Shown here: positions 56,613 to 64,000 of the stretch, piece after piece | Position numbering within the stretch: position 1 is the first letter of the stretch | How the letters are laid out: each line of letters opens with the position of its first letter | NCBI GenBank assembly: GCA_963772765.1 | Contig: CAVYYP010000006.1 | Span: 26,091 to 90,090, forward strand | Direction of reading: 5' to 3' | Length of the DNA stretch: 64,000 nt | From: Candidatus Bathyarchaeota archaeon | Lineage (GTDB): Archaea; Thermoproteota; Bathyarchaeia; Bathyarchaeales; Bathyarchaeaceae | Notes under the pieces: model-generated | Database searches by the model: none | What the model was told of the DNA's origin: nothing | Seen by the model: only the letters and a program-made list of their open reading frames with translations | Program-made: the position numbers and the translations under genes

Positions 56613-57919
56613 TAAAAATGGGAGCAAAAAATATGATTTCTCACAGCTTGAGAATTGCTTGGAAAGATTTGATGGAACTCTTCAGAAACAGAATGGGCTT
56701 AGTCCTGCTAATACTTATGCCCCTCTTCATGATGACTATGGTTGGCTTCATTTATCCAACTGATACGTCACTGAACAATGTTCCAATTGCGCTAGTAAAC
56801 GAGGATAACGGATACGGGGGCTACAATTTAAGCTCAACATTCATTTCAACATTAAATGCCATAAACGATAATGCCAATATGGTGACGCTTACCAATGCTT
56901 CCAGCCTTGCAGACATACGGGAATTGATACAAACCGGAGAAGCAGAAGGCGGCATAATAATTTCCAGCAACTTCACATCAGATATAATGAACGGACAGCA
57001 GGGAACGGTCACTATCGTAACTGACCAGTCCAATCCACAATTGTCTGCAATGATACAGGCAGTTTTGGGCGAGGTTTTCAGTCAAATGGGAACATCACTA
57101 GCACAACACAACATTGCACAGCAGATGGGAATCGACCCAAGCGCTGCATTAGTTATAGTGAAGCCATATAATATTCAAACAGAAGGCTCAGTTGAAGGAA
57201 CTTTCAGCTACTTCGATTTTATCGCACCCGGAATAATGGCTATGACAGTTATGATGAGCGTCATGACTGGACTTCCAGCAGCAATCTCTCAGGAACGCGA
57301 AGTAGGCACACTCGACGGAATGATGGTGGCACCCATTAACAGGCTCTCTGTCATTCTTGGAAAAACACTTGCACAGATGGCACGAGGAATACTACAGGGC
57401 GTCCTTATACTGTTCTTGGCTATCACGTTGTTTGGGGTTACTGTCCACGGAAACATACTGCTAGTCTTTGCGCTGTTGCTGCTCGGAGTATTCAGCTTTG
57501 TAGGACTAGGAGTCGTACTAACGTCGTTCGCTAAAGACCAAGAAACTGCAGTAATGATGATGACAACCATAATGTTCCCGATGATGTTCCTTAGCGGAGT
57601 CTTCTTCCCAATAGAACAAATGCCATGGTTCATGCAAACAATATCAAAATTCCTGCCATTAACATACGTCGCAGACTCGCTAAGAAAAGTTATGGTACTA
57701 GGAGCAGGCATACCCGAACTAAGCTTCGAACTCTCCATACTCATAATCTTCGGAATAGTCATGACCGCAATCGCAGTGACCAGTATTCAAAAGAGCAATG
57801 ACCCGCTAAAAACGGTCAAAGCTTCCCTTTTTCCCATTTTTATTTTTTTCAAATTTTTTCTAAAGTCCCAAAATAGACAGTCAATAATTGTTCCATGCCC
57901 AGACCTAACTAGGCTTTGA
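56609..57919 (+). CDS. ABC-2 type transporter permease (3' end probably mis-framed)
   Basis: N-terminal TM helix, a large extracytoplasmic loop and five C-terminal TM helices. The start overlaps the ATPase stop. The last ~45 codons run through a T-rich tract (see findings). Confidence 0.8.
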   Translation: MIKMGAKNMISHSLRIAWKDLMELFRNRMGLVLLILMPLFMMTMVGFIYPTDTSLNNVPIALVNEDNGYGGYNLSSTFISTLNAINDNANMVTLTNASSLADIRELIQTGEAEGGIIISSNFTSDIMNGQQGTVTIVTDQSNPQLSAMIQAVLGEVFSQMGTSLAQHNIAQQMGIDPSAALVIVKPYNIQTEGSVEGTFSYFDFIAPGIMAMTVMMSVMTGLPAAISQEREVGTLDGMMVAPINRLSVILGKTLAQMARGILQGVLILFLAITLFGVTVHGNILLVFALLLLGVFSFVGLGVVLTSFAKDQETAVMMMTTIMFPMMFLSGVFFPIEQMPWFMQTISKFLPLTYVADSLRKVMVLGAGIPELSFELSILIIFGIVMTAIAVTSIQKSNDPLKTVKASLFPIFIFFKFFLKSQNRQSIIVPCPDLTRL

Positions 57920-57998
57920 ACTTTACAAAAAATAAGAAAAAGAATGAGTTTTTGGCAGCTAACAAGAAAGTGTTAGTTGCCTTGTTTGTTGTTGGGGT

Positions 57999-60209
57999 TT
58001 ATACTGTGTCGATGTATTTGTTGGCTCGGGGTATTTCTTCGGGTAGTCCGCGTCTTTTTCGTATTCCTGCGATGACTTCCGCGGATATGCTTTCGGGGAC
58101 TTTTTCCCAGTGGTCAAATTGTGTTTGCCAGAATGCGTGACCTGAGGTTGCGCCTCTCATGTCTGCTGAGAGTCCAAAGGTTTCTGATACTGGCAGGAAT
58201 CCTGTGATGTTGGTTATTGGTCCTTTCTGTTCTGAGGATACTATTCTTCCTCTATTGCGTGTGATTAAGCCTGTTACGTCGCCAACGAATTGTTGAGGTA
58301 CAGAAACGCCTATCTTGTATATTGGTTCCGTCAGAACTGGCGTTGATGTCAAAAAGCTTCCCCAAATTGCTCGCTTGATTGCAGGCATGAGTTGTGCTGG
58401 TCCACGGTGTACTGGGTCTTCGTGAAGTTTTGCGTCTAACAGTTTTACTTTGACTCCTCGTATTGGCTCGTCTGCAAGAGGACCACTCTTTACTGCCCAC
58501 CTGAAACCTGACGCAACAGTCTCTTTGGATTCTCGAAGATACTGAACACCCTTAGTCAAGTCAACAAGAATGTTTCTGTGCTCTTCTAGCGCCCAAACGT
58601 TCTTCGCATCTTGAGCTGGCCAGCCGCCTTCTTCACGTAGAGTAGTGGTTATTCGTTTGTTGCCCATGGCTTCAAACAGTGCACCGCTCTCCATGAGGTC
58701 GACAACGTTCTGTTCAAGAGGTTCAACTTGCACCCAGAATTTGCTGTGCTTGTTGGGGCTCTTTGCCATCGCAACTACACCTGCTCCAGATGCAGTTTCT
58801 CTGTAGACGACAAGTGGCTGAGAAGTTATGAGTTCTATTCCGCCACCAGTTTGTCTTAGGAATTTGACGGCAATTTCTAGGTGAAGCTCACCCATTCCGC
58901 TTAGAAGGTATTCACCTGTTTCTTTGTTGATGCTAGTTACCAAGTTCGGGTCATCAATTGCTAATCTGTCCATCAATTCGATGAGACGGGGTAGCTCTCG
59001 TGGGTGTTTTGGTTCAATTGCGATGGTGATGACTGGTTCAGAAACGTATTGGATGTTTTCGAATGGAACCATTTCATCTTTTTCTTCAATACTAACGAGT
59101 GTTTCTCCTGCTCTTGCAAGGTCCATTCCCAGTACTGCAGCGATGTTTCCTGCTGCTATTTTGCCGACTACTTCTCGGAATGCGCCCATATACATAGATA
59201 CTTGCTGAACACGGTAATCTTTCTTGGCTCCTACCAGATAGACACGGTCGCCTTCATTTACACAACCTGAGAATATACGACCAGTTGCTACTAGTCCTGC
59301 ATGTGGGTCCATCATTGCTGATGTCAAGCACATGACTGTTGGACCGTTCTCGTCACAGTTTTCCATGGCTTTTCCAATCTTGGAGTCTATTTCGCCCTTC
59401 CAGACTTTGGGAACACGATATTTCTGTGCAATAACGGGGTTTGGCAGATTCTTTACTGCCATGTCAAGGATTGCAGTGTGAAGAGGAACAATTTCTGTAA
59501 GTTCTTCTTCTTTGCCGTTGTGATATGCGTCTACAATGTCGCTGAATTTTATTCCCTTTTGTTGGGCAATGTCTAGTGTGAAGCCCCATTTGTGAAGAGC
59601 AGAACCGAAAGCGACAGTTCCTTTGGTTGCGTCAACTTTCCATTGGTCCTTGTGGTCTTTTTCTCCGTAAATGGAAATCAGGTTGTTGAAGTCCCTGATT
59701 ATTCGCAGAAGTTTTGTTTGCATCTGTTCTGCGTTAAGTTTCAGTTCTTTGATTAGACGGTCTACTTTGTTGATGAAAAGAATAGGTTTTACGCGCTCGT
59801 TTAGGGCTTGTCTTGTGACTGTTTCTGTTTGAACCATTACTTCTTCGACGGCGTCTACGACTACTACTGCTCCGTCAATGGCTCTTAGGGCGCGTGTTAC
59901 TTTTCCTGTAAAGTCTACGTGTCCAGGGGTGTCTATGAGGTTAACTACATGTGACGTTTTGTCTACCTCGTGCAAAAGGGAAATGTTTGCTGTTTTGATT
60001 GTGATTCCCCTTTTCTGTTCTTCTTCAAGATAGTCAAGGGCTCTTGCTGCTCCTGCAATTTTAGGTGACAGAAGTCCTGCCTCAGCCAGCAGGGAGTCAG
60101 ACATGGTTGTCTTACCATGGTCTATGTGCGCAATTATGCCGATATCCCTGATGTCTTCTTTTTTGTTCATGAGCTTTACAATCTCGCTCGTTTGCCTAAA
60201 TTTTGGCAC
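57999..60209 (-). CDS. fusA: translation elongation factor 2 (aEF-2)
   Basis: IRDIGIIAHIDHGKTT, DTPGHVDF, NKVDR, and the diphthamide loop HEDPVHRGPAQ. GTG at 60209 after AGGAG gives MPKFRQTSEIVKLMNKKEDIRDIG. The track start at 60314 adds an implausible 35-aa leader. Confidence 0.92.
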   Translation of the reverse strand: MPKFRQTSEIVKLMNKKEDIRDIGIIAHIDHGKTTMSDSLLAEAGLLSPKIAGAARALDYLEEEQKRGITIKTANISLLHEVDKTSHVVNLIDTPGHVDFTGKVTRALRAIDGAVVVVDAVEEVMVQTETVTRQALNERVKPILFINKVDRLIKELKLNAEQMQTKLLRIIRDFNNLISIYGEKDHKDQWKVDATKGTVAFGSALHKWGFTLDIAQQKGIKFSDIVDAYHNGKEEELTEIVPLHTAILDMAVKNLPNPVIAQKYRVPKVWKGEIDSKIGKAMENCDENGPTVMCLTSAMMDPHAGLVATGRIFSGCVNEGDRVYLVGAKKDYRVQQVSMYMGAFREVVGKIAAGNIAAVLGMDLARAGETLVSIEEKDEMVPFENIQYVSEPVITIAIEPKHPRELPRLIELMDRLAIDDPNLVTSINKETGEYLLSGMGELHLEIAVKFLRQTGGGIELITSQPLVVYRETASGAGVVAMAKSPNKHSKFWVQVEPLEQNVVDLMESGALFEAMGNKRITTTLREEGGWPAQDAKNVWALEEHRNILVDLTKGVQYLRESKETVASGFRWAVKSGPLADEPIRGVKVKLLDAKLHEDPVHRGPAQLMPAIKRAIWGSFLTSTPVLTEPIYKIGVSVPQQFVGDVTGLITRNRGRIVSSEQKGPITNITGFLPVSETFGLSADMRGATSGHAFWQTQFDHWEKVPESISAEVIAGIRKRRGLPEEIPRANKYIDTV

Positions 60210-60415
60210 CTTATCGTTTCTCCTGATTGTTATTGGACAGCATGCTAGACTAAAAGCACACCTATAAGCATTATTGTATGAAAGACGATTTATGTTAAAG
60301 TTGTAATAATGCAAAGAACGTTGAATATACCGAGTGAATTGCTCAAAACGCTAAACTCAACTCTTTGCTTTCTTCGTGTCTAAACTATAGATGCAAATTA
60401 TGTATATGGAAACAA

Positions 60416-60856
60416 TCATGATTTGTGGTTAAGTTTCTTTCTGAACCGAAAGCCTTCAATTATGAAAATGGATGCGGCAACGATTGTTACAATTGTTAGA
60501 AGCCAAAAGGAGCCCTCAACCGAGGCACCGACAATCAAGTGAGGAAACAAAATTACTATTTCCGCGATTATGGCGCCAATAAAGATAAATCCAAAAATCA
60601 TGAAGCGTGGGATAAGCTTTTTTCCTATCCAAACATATCCTTTAAGACCAACACGTTTCTCAACGCCATAGTTGCCTGCAGAGTCTTTGACCACCAAGTC
60701 AAGGTCAATGAGTTTCTGCAGATTCCGGTAGGCTACACTGGGGCTGCTGAGACCAGCACCTCGCATCACATTCCTGGGACCAACAAATTTTCCGACTTTT
60801 ACTAAGTATATATAAGTTTCAAAAGTGGACGAATTTATCTTATCTTCGTCTTCCAA
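60416..60856 (-). CDS. winged-helix domain protein with two C-terminal TM helices
   Basis: TFETYIYLVKVGKFVGPRNVMRGAGLSSPSVAYRNLQKLIDLDLVVKD followed by two hydrophobic helices. Confidence 0.5.
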   Translation of the reverse strand: MEDEDKINSSTFETYIYLVKVGKFVGPRNVMRGAGLSSPSVAYRNLQKLIDLDLVVKDSAGNYGVEKRVGLKGYVWIGKKLIPRFMIFGFIFIGAIIAEIVILFPHLIVGASVEGSFWLLTIVTIVAASIFIIEGFRFRKKLNHKS

Positions 60857-61117
60857 AGTTCATGTTACCCCAAACCATATTTTTGTAGTTGTTCATTTAA
60901 TAATTCTTTGATTTTGCTGTACAAATGAATTTCATTTACTAAAAAGATGCATTTGTCTTCGCATTAACTTTGACATTCTTCTCAAATATGTTTTTTAAAA
61001 AAATGATTGAAAGGTGTTAAATAAAATGATAATGGACTGAAAAAAAGAGTGAGTGGATTGACATATTGCGTTCCCATTTTTAACTCAGGTTACCAGTGAT
61101 TGCATTGAAGTTTAGCT

Positions 61118-61848
61118 TTAACTTTGTGAAAACCAAATACGGTCTGCCATTATGTCGTTATATGTGCAATTACCTCCCATTGATGTGGTACATCCGACTG
61201 CAACATATGGATACTCATTCGACGTGTAACCGATGTATACGTTTGATGAACCATAATCCTCTGTACGGGTATGTTACCTCTGCATAACCAATGAAATTGT
61301 CCCACCAATCAGGATCATCAGGATCTGGATCGTCATTTCCAAAAACGGTAAAATAATTTCCATTTTGTCCATCTCCAGTGGGTCCGAGTTTAGCCGCAAT
61401 TAACACTGATCCATGTGCAGTAGAGCTCCACATGACCGACCACAGTCGCTACTGTGTTTGTGTTTACAACTGGCAAAACATAACATATTAATGCCTACGA
61501 TATAACTTGGATTGTAGATTGTTGCTCCTGTTCCATATATCTCCGTATCCAATAATTGAGACATGTAACTTCCAGACTTGGTTCCTGAAGGGTCTTTTAT
61601 GTCTGCGATATGCTCTTCGTTCAGCTTTAGTTGGTTTATCCATATTGTTCTAATTAGGTCTAGCTCAGCAGGACTTGCTTTTGGAAGCGATGAGACCAAA
61701 AGGTTCTCAAGAAAATCAGGTAAGGATTCTTTGTTGGTAGTTAGATTCGCATATACAACTCCTGAGTAACTGGTTAACATCAGTGTGGTAAGACAGACGA
61801 TAAAGTAGAGAAGTTTATGACCTTGTGTTTTTCTTTTAATTTTTTCAC
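61118..61848 (-). pseudogene. secreted hypothetical protein spread over three reading frames
   Basis: Candidate GTG near 61848 (MKKLKEKHK...), then signal-like LLYFIVCLTTLMLTSYSGVVYA. The body lies in ORF 61400..62482, then ORF 61215..61433 (…GNDDPDPDDPDWWDNFIGYAEVTYPY), then a third frame (EDYGSSNVYIGYTSNEYPYVAVGCTTSMGGNCTYNDIMADRIWFSQS* ending at 61118). Confidence 0.4.
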
Positions 61849-61879
61849 ATCTTTTAAGCCTTTTTTGAAAAAAGCAAAT

Positions 61880-62482
61880 CAATGTTCTTGATAGATTTTT
61901 ACAGATCAAAACTAGAGCAATTGACAAAATAGCTAATGGTAGTAGTATCCATGATTGAAACTCTGGAATATGAGATGTTTCTGAATTAGTATTGATGTTA
62001 AAAAATATGGTGGCATTATCTTGCCCTATGATGGTATTGGCAGTGTAATTGGCATAAACAACTATTTTGTGTGATCCTTCAGATAATTCAGAAAGTGACG
62101 TTACTCCATTCAGAACAGAAGGAACATTCAGTGTCGAATTGACAATGATGACTGTTCCATTTTCATAAGTTCTTGTTACTTCTCTCGGTTCTCTAATTCC
62201 TGTTATCGGAAGTGTAACATTGTTTGTTCCATCCAAACAATAATAATAATTCGCATACTCCGGACCTAATAGGAAACTAGAACTAACGTTTAGAATAATG
62301 CTGTTTGTATTGTATGTTGTGTTCTTAGGAGAAATGATTTTCAGGGATCCAGCAAGAGGAAAAATTGATCCATTTGGTGTGTAAGGTGCCTTTACAGCGG
62401 TAACTCCGAAAAAGGAAGTAAACATTGAAAAGAACAATATGAACAACATTGAAGTAATCAATGGTTTTCTCATTGAATTCAC
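61880..62482 (-). CDS. secreted PEF-CTERM-type protein (3' boundary approximate)
   Basis: Signal peptide MNSMRKPLITSMLFILFFSMFTSFFGVTAVKA and, at aa 172-195, IPEFQSWILLPLAILSIALVLICK. As written the ORF has no stop there and runs on into the next gene. Confidence 0.55.
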
Positions 62483-62523
62483 ATATCATTTAAAAAGATA
62501 ATCCGTTATTTAGTTCTATTTAT

Positions 62524-62538
62524 GGAACATTTTGTTCC
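62524..62538. promoter_or_regulatory. inverted repeat GGAACATTTTGTTCC upstream of the 62482 gene
   Basis: Read directly. A third GGAACA half-site lies at 62545-62550, about 45 nt upstream of the ATG at 62482. Confidence 0.25.
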
Positions 62539-62762
62539 AATTCTGGAACAATAAGCATTAGAACACATTTTATTGTAACATAATTCTTGAGCAGCTGACT
62601 TATTTAATCAACTAACATTTTTGGGTTATCGTCCATGCAACATTTTTGCCAATCTAACATGGAACCATAAGTGCTGGCTTCGATTCTTGTGATCGACTAA
62701 TCATCTGTGCTATGTAACGAGTATTCATAAAGGGTTTATTAGATGTTCATGACCTGATTGAC

Positions 62763-63143
62763 ATGGATCCCAACCACTTTTACTATCTAATTCTCCCGCT
62801 GGGCGTTATGGTGTTCTCTCTTGTAGGGCTGGTTGTTTTTTACGCGCGAAAAGAAGAAGATAACTACCAGAAAGAAGTGAAAAAACTAAGACGCATGCTG
62901 CTTCGTGGAAAAATTAACAGAAAGACATACGTAAATCTCAGCAACAGACTAAAATACGCAAAACATTTCAATGACGAATCAAAGAAGCTGCTCACTCTTT
63001 TGTCTGACGAAAAAATTGATCAAAACACATACGATCGGTTAAGGCACATTCTTGAAACAACATTCAGGGAGCGCTTAGATAAAATAGATCAACACACAAG
63101 TGAACCGAACAAAGAAAAGCCCTTTGAGGCGTCTAAATTCTGA
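62763..63143 (+). CDS. membrane-anchored helical protein (hypothetical)
   Basis: One TM helix, then repeated (K/E)I(N/D)xxTYxxL helices. Confidence 0.45.
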   Translation: MDPNHFYYLILPLGVMVFSLVGLVVFYARKEEDNYQKEVKKLRRMLLRGKINRKTYVNLSNRLKYAKHFNDESKKLLTLLSDEKIDQNTYDRLRHILETTFRERLDKIDQHTSEPNKEKPFEASKF

Positions 63144-63237
63144 TCTAGAGAAAAACACAATAGTCATCAATACATCTCATTCTAAAGAGTTGAAAAAGGC
63201 ATTGAAGATCGAGGCAAACCACAGCACAAAACACAAG

Positions 63238-63744
63238 ATGGTCGAACTAAAAGCACGCGTCAACGATCTTGATAGTCTAAGAAAAAGATTGGCTGACATA
63301 GGAGCAGAGTATAAATGTACATTTCATCAGAGAGATCAATACTTTGTTGTTCCTGAAGGAAGACTGAAACTAAGAACATTACAGGATTCAGAGTCAGCAG
63401 AATTGATCTATTATGAAAGAGAAAACATTTTGGGACCAAAAAGTGACGATGCATACATTCTCAGCGTTCATCAACATGAGGATTTGAAGCATATTCTTAC
63501 AAAGATACTAAAACCGCTTATTGTAGTAGAAAAAAATCGTGAAATCTACCAATATAAAGGGACACAGATTCATCTCGACCGTGTTAAGAAACTGGGGGAC
63601 TTCATCGAATTTGAAAGAGAGGTAGCAGATACCCAAGAAAGTATAGAAAAGGGTCTTCAAGTTCTAGAAAACCTGACTACATTATTGAAGATTCATTCTA
63701 GCAATCTTGAATCGCTTTCATATAGTGATCTTCTCGAAAAATGA
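63238..63744 (+). CDS. CYTH-domain protein (class IV adenylate cyclase CyaB / triphosphatase-like)
   Basis: MVELKARV (ExK start motif) ...RLKLRT...AELIYYERE...THLDRVKKLGDFIEFE. The upstream part of the track ORF from 63100 is probably not translated. Confidence 0.75.
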   Translation: MVELKARVNDLDSLRKRLADIGAEYKCTFHQRDQYFVVPEGRLKLRTLQDSESAELIYYERENILGPKSDDAYILSVHQHEDLKHILTKILKPLIVVEKNREIYQYKGTQIHLDRVKKLGDFIEFEREVADTQESIEKGLQVLENLTTLLKIHSSNLESLSYSDLLEK

Positions 63745-63875
63745 ACACTACATAAGACCAGTAAACAAAAACGTTCCAAACTGAAGCGGTTCTGATAATT
63801 AGCTGAGCTCCATAAACCCTTTTAGGGAAACTAGTTCTTGTCATTCAAACTCAACATTCCACTAGTGGACATTGA

Positions 63876-64000
63876 TATGGTACAAAAGAGCAAATACCGA
63901 TTTATCACAAGTAGGTCACATCTCTTCAGAGACTTGATCATAATTGGAAGCATATTCATTCTCACTTTTGTTGTAGCCACACAGTTTGACACCTTCGAAA
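63876..64000 (+). CDS. 5' fragment of a membrane protein gene, cut by the window edge
   Basis: ATG 63876; MVQKSKYRFITSRSHLFRDLIIIGSIFILTFVVATQFDTFE. Confidence 0.25.

Noticed and set aside
61400-61445. A papain-like active-site reading: joining the frames at about 61425 gives …SDCGRSC-WSSTAHGS…, reminiscent of QGxCGSCWAFS.
   Set aside because: The spacing is off by one residue. No downstream His/Asn catalytic region is visible, and the protein is too short after the Cys. I left the family unassigned.
5296-62852. Recurrent GCGCGC / GTGCGCAC strings in AT-rich intergenic DNA (about 5298, 19245, 20770, 25013, 28747, 32684, 52592, 62847).
   Set aside because: There are only about 5-6 GCGCGC occurrences against roughly 2-3 expected by composition. 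Flanks and positions relative to genes are inconsistent. That is not enough to call a motif.
1-64000. Looked on both strands for CRISPR arrays, tRNA T-loop/acceptor signatures, rRNA, IS elements, integrases and terminal inverted repeats.
   Set aside because: I found no regularly spaced direct repeats, no GTTC(G/A)AATC-type T-arms in a tRNA-like context, and no transposase- or integrase-like ORF. A by-eye scan could still miss a divergent tRNA or small RNA.

Overview
AT-rich archaeal chromosomal window. Archaeal hallmarks: aEF-2 with the diphthamide-loop HEDPVHRG, an aRF1 homologue with GGQ, ribosomal protein eL33/L35Ae, DGGGP synthase, archaeal-type cofactor-independent phosphoglycerate mutase, a class-III-signal-peptide pilin and PEF-CTERM sorting signals. 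About 75 protein-coding genes or gene remnants, often with SD-like GGAGG/GGTGA motifs before ATG/GTG/TTG starts. I recognised no rRNA, tRNA, CRISPR array, transposase or integrase. Housekeeping and metabolic blocks: PaaK-LivGF plus a divergent ACT protein; PiT plus a DUF47/PhoU-like protein; a divergent bacterial-type PFK and class II aldolase pair; ApgM; DGGGP synthase; PadR plus an ABC-2 exporter; EF-2. These alternate with accessory cell-surface islands. Main observations: (1) At 9.2-17.7 kb, five translationally coupled genes plus an inverted remnant encode paralogous signal-peptide / beta-helix or Kelch proteins ending in [IV]PEFPSW + TM + basic tail (PEF-CTERM). No archaeosortase is in the window. 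A conserved ~65-nt upstream module is shared by three genes, with a diverged fourth copy at 31.4 kb. (2) Two paralogous ~875-aa beta-propeller surface proteins, one intact (49672-52302) and one decayed (22027-24678), share a 3' flank and a distinct C-terminal 'PLIS + TM + LRRRK' tail. (3) Gene lesions are unusually dense: at least 20 frame breaks or in-frame TAA codons in at least 13 genes, often several per gene. One affected gene is the aRF1 homologue, whose stop-codon-recognition motifs are also non-canonical. Real pseudogenisation cannot be separated from assembly indels without reads. (4) A Roadblock/LC7 operon, including a Roadblock-acidic-AbrB fusion, sits directly downstream of a decayed type IV pilin-like gene. 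All family calls come from reading the translations by eye; no database search was run.
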